Positions 48,681 through 59,580 of a stretch of 64,000 nt of DNA are shown here, one piece after another. Both the position numbers and the translations under genes were made by a program. Position 1 is the first letter of the stretch; each line of letters starts with the position of its first letter. The DNA lies in assembly GCA_027923505.1 (NCBI GenBank), contig BROI01000018.1, positions 248,001 through 312,000 on the forward strand, written 5' to 3'. This stretch comes from Mayamaea pseudoterrestris. Taxonomy: Eukaryota. The notes under the pieces were generated by a model. The model was not told the origin of the DNA, ran no database searches, and saw only the letters and a program-made list of their open reading frames with translations.

Positions 48681-49650
48681 ATTGTCTCCAGTCACATTGC
48701 CGTCTATTGAGGGACCAGCCAGGCAATCCATCATGTAGCGCACCTGAAATAAGGATGTTAGCACCATTCTGGCTTGATTTGGGCATACACATGGCTCAAG
48801 GTTTGGGCATTTGAAAATCACGGCATCTGCTGGCTGAGACTGGTGAGAACTTCTCGCCAATGAAATTGCTGTCTACTGAGGGACCAGCCAGGCAATCCAT
48901 CTTGTAGCGCACCTGAAATAAGGATGTTAGCACCATTCTGGCTTGATTTGGGCATACACATGGCTCAAGGTATGGGCATTTGAAAATCACGGCATCTGCT
49001 GGCTGAGACTGGTGAGAACTTCTCACCAGTCACATTGCAGTCTACCGAGGGACCAGCCAGGCAATCCATCTTGTAGCGCACCTGAAATAAGGATGTTAGC
49101 ACCATTCTGGCTTGATTTGGGCATACACATGGCTCAAGGTATGGACATTTGAAAATCATGGCATCAGTTGTCGCCAGTCACATTGCAGTCAACCGAGGGA
49201 CCAGCCAGGCAATTAATCTTGTAGCGCACCTGAAATAAGGATGTTTCCACCATTCTGGTATGATTTGGGTGTATATATGGCCTGTTATAGGGGCATTTGA
49301 ATGTCAAGGCATTGGCGGGCTGAGACTGGTGAAAAGTTGTCACCAATCATCTTGCAGTCTGGTGAGACACCAGTCAAGCTGACCATCTTGTAGCACAGCG
49401 TGATTTTTGTTGTTGGCACCATTATTGTGTGATTTGGGTGTATCCATGGCTTGTTATAGGGGCATCTGAATGTCAAGGCATCAGTGGACTGAGACTGGTG
49501 ACAAGTTGTCACCAATCATATTGCAGTCTACTGAGACTCCAGCCAGGCATACCACTTGTATTTCAGGCTAATTATTGATGCTGGCACCATTCTTGTGTGA
49601 TTTGGGTGTATACATGGCATGTTATATGGGCAATTAAAGTTCAAGGGTAT
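48681..49650 (-). repeat. Inverted, diverged 169-bp satellite (family A subfamily), about 6 monomers
   Basis: Same subfamily as 38631-39730. Decays into an AT-rich tract at ~49650. Confidence 0.95.
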
Positions 49651-50070
49651 TGTACTTTTTGATGCAGTTTAATTGATTAAATTAACAAATGCTGTTTTCC
49701 ACATTTACTCACACACTCATATTGATCATAAGAAATCAAGAGGCTTTGATATTGTTCATCACTCTGTGGACCACGAAGAATGCTCCTAAGCAACATCATA
49801 CACCGGTATGATAGCTAAACCATGCGTGACGCCGACCAACCGTTGCGACGTTTCGACGAGCGAGGCGGCGCGCCAGTATAGGCCGGCCACACACAACTTC
49901 CGATGAATGGAGATGCGTTGAAAGTAACTGTAGGATTTCTCATCGCTTCGTCAAAGCTTGAAATTGAGTTGTAATTTGAAAACTTGGAGTTGATTACCAT
50001 CTAGGAGTTGCTTGTGGAAGGAATTGCAGTTGGTAAAGCGGAGAGCACTAGAGGCCATTTATCTGAGAGG

Positions 50071-51618
50071 ATGAAGCGCAGCACGAGAAGGACTATCGCT
50101 TCTGTGACAGCAGCGACATTCCTCGTCGCATTTAACTTCACGATGATCAATGCTATGGACATTCAGAAGCCTCCCAAACGAGCTCTTCGAAGACTGCAAA
50201 CCTGTTATATAAATGGAATCAGTTACTGTCAACCGTCCGAGCTCAATGTGTCTGCCTCACCCGTGGCATCTCCGACGACTGCCGCACCTGTTCCAGTTCC
50301 AACCTATCCAAGTCCAGTCAACGTTCCTTCTACATTCTTCCCAACGCCTTATCCAGTGACTACGACTCCTAGCCCAGTAACACCCAGTCCCACAGCTTCT
50401 ATTGACACGTTTAGTCCAAGCGACAGTCCGACATTGATGCCCACATTAGTTCCGACTGCTTACCCAACGTTTTCTCCTGTGCCGTCAAAATCACCATCGG
50501 CATTTCCATCAAAACATCCATCATCCATTCCGACAGCCGCGCCAACTGCAACACCAACAGGGACTCCTACGTCATCGGCTGCTCCAAGCATGGACCCAGA
50601 TGGTTTCGATACAACGATTCGAGTCGGAGACGACGGCTTACCAAAGGCTGTCTCGACTTGCCGGAATGAGATTCCAGCGAAAGCTACCAACGTGACAAAC
50701 CAGCTTGTATCTTTTGACTACGTTTTGAATGTTGCACCTGGTTCATCGGCACAGCTATCCATGTCGACAATTACCATGCGTCTGCACAACGCATTGACAG
50801 AACAATTCTTGGATTGCCTGTTCGATGGCAACTCAGATACGTTTTACACGGCCAGAATCAGTACAAACCCTGGAGATGCACCGTCAAACGTGACCTGCAG
50901 CAGCGACCAAAGATTTGAAAGCAACGAATGCTACATTGTCAATGGAGGGTTCACCGTGCAGACCTTTTATTTGCAGTCTCAGGACGGACGGAGATTGGGA
51001 GTCGATAGCGACAGCTCAGTCGTTCACGACAAAGCTGTACTGGATTCGTTCTCCGCTTCATTAGCGAATATTTTTGATAGCGGACTCTTTGACACGCCGC
51101 CAATAGCGTCAACGACCTTTCTTGGTGTAACCAATTCTGCGGTGGTCGTGTCCGACAGTGCGGCCAAGGTCATTGCGGGAAGCGTATTTGGATCATTGCT
51201 CGTGATAGGGCTCATTTGCGGGGTGCTCTTCCTTGCCGGGCGGGGTCTCAAGCGACGTAGGCAATACACTGAAGAGCTGAAGGATCAATACTCACTGTCG
51301 CTTTACGAGGACAGGTCGCAGACCGCATCAGTGGATAATTCACCGAGAGTTGATCTTGAAGGCGATAGCGAGCTCGCCAACTCTATCATCATCAGTGATA
51401 ATGACAGTTTGACCCAGATGGAACGTTTGGAAGTTATACCAGGAGCTTCCATGAGCCCGAAAAGGCATATGCGGCCTCCACAACCTGCAATGGAGGACGA
51501 TGAACTTGATGCAATTGTCGCCAGAACAATGCTTTCCCATGTGAGACGAGATCTCGGACCAAGGACAGCACCGGCATCACCACGAAGGTATGATATTCAA
51601 GATACAGTCGATTTATAA
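50071..51618 (+). CDS. Type I membrane / cell-surface protein with Pro/Ser/Thr-rich mucin-like region
   Basis: N-terminal hydrophobic signal, RRL motifs, PS/PT repeats, Cys-containing ectodomain, and a TM helix VIAGSVFGSLLVIGLICGVLFL followed by KRRR. Confidence 0.85.
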   Translation: MKRSTRRTIASVTAATFLVAFNFTMINAMDIQKPPKRALRRLQTCYINGISYCQPSELNVSASPVASPTTAAPVPVPTYPSPVNVPSTFFPTPYPVTTTPSPVTPSPTASIDTFSPSDSPTLMPTLVPTAYPTFSPVPSKSPSAFPSKHPSSIPTAAPTATPTGTPTSSAAPSMDPDGFDTTIRVGDDGLPKAVSTCRNEIPAKATNVTNQLVSFDYVLNVAPGSSAQLSMSTITMRLHNALTEQFLDCLFDGNSDTFYTARISTNPGDAPSNVTCSSDQRFESNECYIVNGGFTVQTFYLQSQDGRRLGVDSDSSVVHDKAVLDSFSASLANIFDSGLFDTPPIASTTFLGVTNSAVVVSDSAAKVIAGSVFGSLLVIGLICGVLFLAGRGLKRRRQYTEELKDQYSLSLYEDRSQTASVDNSPRVDLEGDSELANSIIISDNDSLTQMERLEVIPGASMSPKRHMRPPQPAMEDDELDAIVARTMLSHVRRDLGPRTAPASPRRYDIQDTVDL

Positions 51619-52190
51619 CGAGGGGAAATCGCAGAATTGTAACAATAATAACATGGGGGTCATTTATTTGTTAGCTTTTAGCGCTATGGGTAGTTGTCCC
51701 AGTCCTGGCGGCATTTTGTGACGCGATACTCGTGATCCAATTTTGAAATTTCATCGGAGTTTTACCACTCTTTACACCGCAGTGTCATGACGTGGCAATG
51801 AATGAACGGTTCGCAGGGCTGTTTCGAAGTCGTTCCATCCTGTTCCGTTCGATCGAATGGTTTCTGGTTCACCATGATCACAAGTCGTGCGAAAGAGGGG
51901 CACACACAAACTATGGATGAACCTCTGACGACGAGCCACCAAATCCATCGAGCTCTCTTGCGAATAGTTCGGCGAAAGTCGTGGACAGCCAAAGACTCGA
52001 GCTCCCAACTATAGATACAGACCTCATTGCTTCGTCAGTGTTGATTGGAACTCGCAGGCTTGATTGATCGTGCTCACAATTCATTCGAAAATTCGACCTC
52101 GACCACGGGTGCTCATCGGCATTGCAAGTGCATCGGAAGAGTCTGCTGCCGTCCACAAACATTCGTAAAGCACAAAACTACACTGGCACC

Positions 52191-53195
52191 ATGACAAATA
52201 CTGCATCAACTGCTCGCCGACGAGCCCGAGTTGGCGACTGCGTCAAGATTGCGTTAGACATGACTCCCGAGAATGGATACGTGCCTGAATCTCTCTTTGA
52301 CACCCAGGGCACAGTCAATGTGATTATTGGCTGGGGCGAAGCCTTGCCCGGTTTGCATGAGCTACTCATGGACAAGGCTGTTGGAGACAGAGTCAACAAC
52401 GTTTCTATTGATGCTGGATGGGGACAGCGACGCGACGATCTGGTGCTCCAAGTCCACAAGGAGAAGCTAAAGCGGTTTGTCAATGTCGACGCCTTATCTA
52501 TTGGTGACGCAATCCAGCTCAAGTCGGATATGCAAGTAGTGGTGACTGACATTGCGAAGGACAGTGTCACTGTGGACGCCAATCACTCATTGGCAGGCAC
52601 AAGCTACTCCTGCACCTTCACCGTTCTTCAGATTGATCGTCTACCAGAATCGTTTGCCTATGGAAATGACGACGAGTGCACCAGCCAAGCATCGGAATTT
52701 CCTTACGAATGCGCCTCTTTTTCGCTCGGTTGCTTTTGGGGCGCGCAGATTGCCTTCGACCGACTGCCTGGCGTAATTGGCACGCGAGTTGGGTACACGC
52801 AGGGCACTTCCAATAAGCCACCAACCTATGACGAGGTTTGCCAAGGCTTGACCAAACACCGAGAAACTGTGTTGATAGTTTACGATCCCTTGATTGTGAG
52901 CTATCAAAGGCTGGTTCGCTTGGCATTGGAGCGCCTTGCTGTGACCACGTCGACGCTCGAGCTGCATCGCATTTTTGAGCCGCATCACATGCAGTACCAG
53001 CATGGATGCTTCTTCCATACGCAGGAGCAGCGAATGATCGCTGAGCGAGAACTGGAGAAGAACAACAAGTTTGGAATGGAGTTGCTCCCGGCAACGGCAT
53101 TTTATGAAGCCGAGGAAGAGCATCAAAAATATCTATACAAGGGAGGCCAGAGTCAAAAGAAAGAGGCGAGAGAGGACATTCGGTGTTTCGGATGA
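52191..53195 (+). CDS. msrA: FKBP-type PPIase (SlyD/FkpB-like) fused to peptide methionine sulfoxide reductase A
   Basis: N-terminal half has LPGLHELL...GWGQRRDDLV...VTVDANHSLAG. C-terminal half has GCFWG, RVGYTQG, PTYDEVC and FYEAEEEHQKYL. Confidence 0.92.
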   Translation: MTNTASTARRRARVGDCVKIALDMTPENGYVPESLFDTQGTVNVIIGWGEALPGLHELLMDKAVGDRVNNVSIDAGWGQRRDDLVLQVHKEKLKRFVNVDALSIGDAIQLKSDMQVVVTDIAKDSVTVDANHSLAGTSYSCTFTVLQIDRLPESFAYGNDDECTSQASEFPYECASFSLGCFWGAQIAFDRLPGVIGTRVGYTQGTSNKPPTYDEVCQGLTKHRETVLIVYDPLIVSYQRLVRLALERLAVTTSTLELHRIFEPHHMQYQHGCFFHTQEQRMIAERELEKNNKFGMELLPATAFYEAEEEHQKYLYKGGQSQKKEAREDIRCFG

Positions 53196-53570
53196 ACGCT
53201 ACTCTTTGTTTCTAATTCATATCATGCATAGACGCTACTTGTCCTTCTGGCAAGTTGTACATAATGAGGGAGCAATGAATGGAACATAAAAATAATGAAT
53301 ACGTGAGATCAAGGACAGTCGCGAAACAAGACGGGCTACTTACATGTGCTGCACCTAAGTATCTATAAAATTTTTAGCGACGGACCTGAAACAACTATAG
53401 AAGCAGTACAAGTAGTAGTCGTAGAGTAATTAAGACCACGCTGCAGATTCGCAAGCGATAGCTAAAGTTGTCTATGACTGACGCACTGGGACTAACTGTT
53501 TGTCGCGGCGCGACGCGACGACGATTCCAACTCCTCCCCCGACCCACTACATCTCACTCAAAGTTCCACC

Positions 53571-54263
53571 ATGACAATCATGTCGACGAGAAGAACTGTT
53601 TCTATGCTACCAACATTACAGCAGTCTTTCGCCTTGCTTGCGCGAAGAAAGCTGACGCCATCGAATTTGCATGTAAAGGCCAAGAGCAAATTCGTCCTGC
53701 ACTCCGCCACTTCGCGACACTTTTCATCCGCTTCCACAGCCCTTGCCTTTGAGGACGATGATGGGCCTGTTGGAGAATTATTTCAAGCGAACAAGGAGAT
53801 TGGACCTTCCCTCATCGGTCAAACCGCGAGTATTCGCCGCACCTTTGGCCCTCGATCGAACGCGCAAGCACTGTTGACGTGCGGTGGAGAGTCGCTGGCG
53901 GCGCACGCTAGTTTTGATCCCGACTATTTGCGAGCGCAGGATTGGATTCGATCGCATGCCGTTGGACCAGCTGTACTGAGCCCAGTGCTTATTTCAGGCT
54001 TGATTGGTGCTTTGGTGGAGGCGGCCTTTCCGTTCAGCGTGCCGGACACTCAATCATTGACACTGCTGCGACCGCTGATTGTAGGAGTTTCAGTGAATGC
54101 CAAGATCCAAGTGGAAAATGTTCTTCAAGAATCGAGCGATGGAGCTAAGCGAGAGCAAGGCTACCAAGTTATTCTGTCGACGCAAGTGGCAAGAGTCCGA
54201 GATGATACCATCATTGCCGAGGGCACACATTCGATATGGATTATAGATTACCAAAAAATGTAG
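53571..54263 (+). CDS. Hotdog-fold (MaoC-like) protein with a likely mitochondrial presequence
   Basis: 230-aa ORF. GQTASIRRTF, HASFDPDY and QSLTLLRPLIVGVSV resemble the MaoC dehydratase fold. N-terminus is Arg/Ser-rich. Confidence 0.7.
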   Translation: MTIMSTRRTVSMLPTLQQSFALLARRKLTPSNLHVKAKSKFVLHSATSRHFSSASTALAFEDDDGPVGELFQANKEIGPSLIGQTASIRRTFGPRSNAQALLTCGGESLAAHASFDPDYLRAQDWIRSHAVGPAVLSPVLISGLIGALVEAAFPFSVPDTQSLTLLRPLIVGVSVNAKIQVENVLQESSDGAKREQGYQVILSTQVARVRDDTIIAEGTHSIWIIDYQKM

Positions 54264-54889
54264 TGTCATGCTTGTCGATATAATCTTAACTTATAAGTTC
54301 AATGTTTGACATCAAGTACACAGTAATGTTTAACTTGTACAGCATATTTTTGTTGTTTCTTTGAACACCTGCCCTCCAAATCAAGGCTAGGATTAAGCTA
54401 GCCCTGAATCATTTGTACCTTTCTCACCGGCTACAAGCCACAGCGCATATCCAGCAGAACATGACTGGAAAAGGAGTCGGGGTGTGACACTTGAGACCAA
54501 TTATTGTGGTCCATGGAGCTGCAGCAGCTTGGATGTCTCTTCTCTGACAAATCAAAGGCTGGGAGTGAGCTAGAGCTGCAAGTTGATGAATGCTCCTACG
54601 AACTACCTTCGAATGGTTCAACGAGGTTGTATCATGAGTCTGCCCATGTCCTCAGCTTCACCATAGCAAAAAGAGACTCTCATTATTAAGTCATGCAGAA
54701 CTGAACGGTACACACCGGTAGCAGCTGTCTTATCGGTTTTGAGTCTTACGACGGACAGACGGCTTCGCACAGCCACGCAGAAGGATCTTTCGCTGCAGTT
54801 CATCGCGGATCATTGTTGCTTCCAATCCTGAAGAGATTGTTTACAATAGCTTGCTACTGTGCTTTTTGTATCATTCTATTTACAACACA

Positions 54890-55844
54890 ATGACATCTAA
54901 TATTGCTCCAATCAAGTGGGCGCAGCGCTCTGACTCAATTTATTTAACTATCGCACTTCCTGGTACGTGGGCAGCGTAGCAGCTAGGAATTCCGTGCACG
55001 ACGAATCTCGTTCCCAATGAGTTTTGCACTGGCGACGATGTGTTTTCGGTGTCGTAATCGATTAACTGAAGCGAGGGCTTGGTTTATTGCTTTTTGTTGT
55101 TGGAGGATATCGTTGTTCAAAGCGCGTCGACGACATGACTAGTGCTGCCACGTGGAATAGTTCTTCCTCGCGTCTCACTTCCTATAACTCACGCCTCTCA
55201 TTTCGCCATTGTAGATGTCACTAACGAAACAATCAACTTGACGGAAGACGCGCTCAAATTTCAAGGAACCTCGGGTGGTAAGGAGTATACTGTTGACATT
55301 GAATTCTTCAAGCCGATTAGCACCAGCGCGGCCGACTCCAAGTATGCGGTGCATCCGCGTAATGTGCAGTTTTTGCTCATCAAGAAAGAGACCGACGAGG
55401 AGTTTTGGCCGCGGCTGCTAAAGGATAAGACGTTGGAGAAGAATCAAGTTGCGGTGGACTGGGATCGCTATGTAGATGAGGATGAACAAGACGAAGGCTT
55501 TGATACATCGGCCCTAGCTGGAGGACAAGGCCTTGGCGGCATGGGAGGCATGGGGGGAATGCCAGGCATGGGAGGAATGGGCGGCATGGGAGGCATGGAT
55601 ATGGAAGCGCTTATGAAGCAGGTACGTTTATCTGGTTTTTGTTCGTTTTTATGTGAGTCGGTACCTGACTCGGTTTTGCAATCGACTTCATCTGCAGATG
55701 GGAGGCATGGGCGGCGGCGGTATGGGAGGCATGCCTGATATGGGTGACATGGGTAATATGGACTTTGGAGCAGAAGGAGATGATGAGGACGACGACGGTG
55801 ATGATGATGGCGATGAGCTGCCCGACCTTGAGGAAGTAAACTAA
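54890..55844 (+). CDS. p23: Hsp90 co-chaperone p23 (CS domain); exons 54890-54962, 55215-55621, 55698-55844
   Basis: APIKWAQRSDSIYLTI, FWPRLLK, VDWDRYVDEDE and a GM-rich acidic tail. Two GTACGT...AG introns keep the frame. Confidence 0.95.
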
Positions 55845-55942
55845 ACTGTCCACGCACGAGCGAATCATACTTGAAAAAGATAGACAAAATTGAGTCTAGA
55901 AACACTTCTATATACTACACACTACGTTACATTCTAAAAATA

Positions 55943-57467
55943 CTAGGGCGTTGTTCCACTCATCATGTGACGTGCATGGCAGGCAGGGTTGTCATTCGTG
56001 TCATGGCCATCGAGCAATATAGTCTCGGAAGGATACACGTCCATTACATCGCTACAACTTTCGGGATCGTATCTCCAGCGTTGAATGGTTATTTTCTTTG
56101 TAGGTGGTCCTAGAATTGTCATGAGAATGGTCGACGCGTCAAATTCGTCGTCAAAGTCATGATTTTCACGCGGCGGCGCTGGCGCACCAGCTCTTCGATC
56201 ACAATGAGAACAACCTTCCGTGCAAAAGCAACATCCCTTTGCTCCAAATAATCGTCTACAGCCAAACATTCTACACATGGTGGAGCGATGGATAGGGCCT
56301 TCGAAGTTTTGGTACTCTTGTCGCTGCTCGGATGTGAGGTGACCGTATGTTTCATAGGCCTGGAGAAGCGGATGAGTCACCTTCACAGTCACTACAGATC
56401 GATCAATACATTTTTGCAAACTTACCGCTGTCAACTCAGGAGTGACATCTTCATCCTTGTATGGTATATTTCGTTTCAAATGCGTACATTGAAAGCATAA
56501 ACGACAAGTGCAACATGGAGTGAAATAGGGCTCACAGCAGACGGGCCGCTTTCGACCAATTGGATCATGACGCTCCGACAGGTTCTCTCTCCAAAATTCA
56601 ATGCACTTAACCATGTCTTGAGGCGTCATCTTACGTCCCTCAAAGTAAGCTTGTAAGGCAATGGCACACGCAAACGCAGCTTCATCGGGATCAGCCAAAC
56701 CAGAGTATCTATAGGTACAGAAGCACATTTTGCAAGGCCTGCAGCGAGGAACAATATGAAATTAGCCACTTTGCAATAATGTCTTAAGCAGAGCCCATTT
56801 TTCGTCGTTCGCACCATTCTTCACACCAGCAGCCTCCACAATCCGTAAACATTCGATTCCAAGCAGGCCCATTACACTGACACCTATGCCGAGCAACTGT
56901 ACCCCCATAAACCGGCCAGCAACCAAAGAGATAGTCAATAATGCCACAGGAAACGACAGAAAATCCAAATGCTCCTCGATCAAACGGATGATTCAGTACT
57001 TGATCGGCGTTCCAGCTGCCACATCCCAAAAATCCCCACGGCCATCGCACTTTTGGCTGATTGATGGAAATCCTGTTTGGGTAAATTCTGAAAAAGCTCC
57101 GCGTGGAATATTCCTTGCGTACCCATTGGCATGACTCGTCGCAGGTAAGGTGGGCGCATACCTTGTTGAGGCCCTTGGAAAACAAATAGATCCAACCCCA
57201 CGGACAAAACAGACAAAAGTATTCCATGCGCAGACAACGAAATCCATAGCCTTGATCCATGCGCGCGTCATAGAGTAACAGATCAGTGTCACTGGGAAGA
57301 TAGTTTTGCAAATATGGTCCAGGAAGGGCGCCGCAGTCATCTGGTATGAGATTGCTGCCGGCTCGAAAGGTTCCAAAGGTACGAGCAGGAACGTCCACCT
57401 CATCCAAGTCGGCAGGATCGCGATAGTAGACCCGCTTGGAGTAAGGCGAGCTGACGCAGCATCCCAT
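55943..57467 (-). CDS. Cysteine-rich hypothetical protein with N-terminal MGCC acylation motif, intron 56739-56814
   Basis: ORFs 56784..57467 and 55943..56728 join in frame through a GTGCGA...CTGCAG intron (CEEW|PCKMCFC). Confidence 0.8.
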
Positions 57468-58185
57468 TGTGGAGAGTTGAGTAGTTGTAGATGACTATCG
57501 ATGCTAGTCTCGTTCAAAGGACGGCAAGGTGGGACAGCAAGCCATGGTCATGGTGGATACTGGATGTGGCATCGAAAAGATCTTGATTATCTCGCATCGC
57601 AGCGGTTCCTAATGACGCCAATCATCCCCTGGCATCGTAGCGGTACTCATCGGGTTCCACGTCGCCTTTGCATCGAACTACAAGGTGCTATCACAACATT
57701 GATGTCATCTATACATACAGATAAGCATGTACATGCGACTCTAGTTAACGATCGATAGATAGACATACGACTTGACAGTGATAGAAATGATTTAAAATAC
57801 ACTAAAAGAGACGCGGCAGTGCGCCATGTGCGTCGTCCAACGCACTCGAGATCGGCCGTTCCAACGTCCAGGGCTGGCCAGATTTTCGTGCAACAGTTTT
57901 GGCAGACTCAACGTGCACCGCGCATGCCTCCAACATCCATGAGACTCTACGAGCATTGGCTTGCGGTTACCAGGTCATCCGTTGGCTAAATTTGGCCACG
58001 AGCAAGCCAATCACGAGCATCATGTTACCCACCACTCGAGGCGCGAGACGATAACGTAGTTGGGTTTTGTTGCAACCATGACGGCAAATTGTTCACTCGA
58101 GCTCACTCCTTCACAACCCAAGCTCCTGCATGGAGTCATTCAGCAAAGTTACTCGATCGATTTTAGTCAAGCGGAAGCGTCAATC

Positions 58186-59433
58186 ATGGGTGGTAGTTTT
58201 GACGACGACGAGATGAATGAGGGAAGTATGGTGATGGAATCAAATAAGCAACTGGAGACCCACGCCTCCGAACATGCAAGATCACAACTTCACGAAAGTA
58301 AATCGCTAATAACGCCTGCTGTCAAGAGCAACAAATACTACCATATTTTGAATGCAAGGTCCATGTCGCCTCGACCGTTTCTCGCGACCCAAGCATCCAT
58401 GCGGTCCGCCGCTTCGAGTCCAGGAGGCCTCCAATATCCATTGCAGGACAAGCTTCGAAAGCTTTCGCGAGCGCAGCGACAGGAGTTGCTGATCCGGACC
58501 GGAGCTCCCATTCCTATTACTCGATCCAACAGCTTGGAGGATGGCGCCAGCCAGTCGGAATCACCTACGACTACGACTTGTTCGTCCAAGTTTTTGCACT
58601 TTTTGCATCCCCATTCGGTCGTTGAACTGCGACGCGATAGCAGCATATTGGATCGTGCTACTAACGCTACTCGATCACGACGAAAGTCGGGTTGCTGCTC
58701 GTCGGATGAACTGGATCATCACGTCATTCGAAAGTCTCGTTCCAAGGCCCAGCGGTCCGCCATGCGATCCTTGTCTCCGTCCAACGCGCCACGAACGAGC
58801 AAGTCGAACCATATTCTGTTGCATATATACGATCTCATTACTACAGACACACTGATGCAACTACCTTTTGGATGCATTTGCGAAATTGGCAAGTGTTTCA
58901 AGGATTTGAACGATGGCTTGCATCTCATGGGCACGGGAGCGTATCACGTTGGCGTGGAGGTGAATGGAATTGAGTATGCCTTTGGAGCTTGCTCCACGCC
59001 TGGTAGATCCGGAGTGTTTCCATGTACACCGAAACGCTCGCCCGGCTATCAATATCGCACGACTGTGGATTTTGGAGAGCGAGCCGTGATACGACGAAGC
59101 AACGTGGCGGTGTTGCAGCATGATCAAAACATTGAGTTTAAGGATAATGTGGAGTACTTGGATGGCCGGGAGATTATTCGCAACTTGGCCAAGGAGTACA
59201 TGGGAGCGGACTATGACATACTTCGAAAGAACTGCTGCACCTTTGCTCGAGATGTCTGCTTTCGGTTCGGCATAGAGCAGGAGGAAATACCAGGTTGGTT
59301 TAGTAACTTGGCAGAGTCGGGAGCCATGACACAGGACATTGCTCGCGCGACTGTCGAGCCACTAAAGGTCTTTTCGATATGTGAAACGGACGCATATGAG
59401 ATTAAAATGGGAAGTGGAGTACTTTGCAGTTGA
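58186..59433 (+). CDS. PPPDE/DeSI family cysteine isopeptidase
   Basis: LHIYDL, GAYHVGVEVNGIEYAFG and YDILRKNCCTF give the His-Cys dyad. Start could instead be the ATG at 58078. Confidence 0.92.
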   Translation: MGGSFDDDEMNEGSMVMESNKQLETHASEHARSQLHESKSLITPAVKSNKYYHILNARSMSPRPFLATQASMRSAASSPGGLQYPLQDKLRKLSRAQRQELLIRTGAPIPITRSNSLEDGASQSESPTTTTCSSKFLHFLHPHSVVELRRDSSILDRATNATRSRRKSGCCSSDELDHHVIRKSRSKAQRSAMRSLSPSNAPRTSKSNHILLHIYDLITTDTLMQLPFGCICEIGKCFKDLNDGLHLMGTGAYHVGVEVNGIEYAFGACSTPGRSGVFPCTPKRSPGYQYRTTVDFGERAVIRRSNVAVLQHDQNIEFKDNVEYLDGREIIRNLAKEYMGADYDILRKNCCTFARDVCFRFGIEQEEIPGWFSNLAESGAMTQDIARATVEPLKVFSICETDAYEIKMGSGVLCS

Positions 59434-59580
59434 TTCCGCACGGAAGCCGCGAGGTTTTCGAAAATAGCCTTTTGACGAATACATTATTGCACATGTTGAA
59501 TTAAACTACTATATCTTAGCAAGATTGTTGTTCTCGCTATCAATGACTCCACTCCTGCGTCGAGCAGAAGACGGTAGCAA

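Noticed and set aside
39758..48814. Giant 54-aa repeat protein genes on either strand
   Set aside because: There is no unique N- or C-terminus, frameshift variants recur, and both strands are open. Treated as satellite.
54264..54889. Small ORFs or an ncRNA upstream of p23
   Set aside because: Only ~60-aa ORFs without motifs and no convincing structure.
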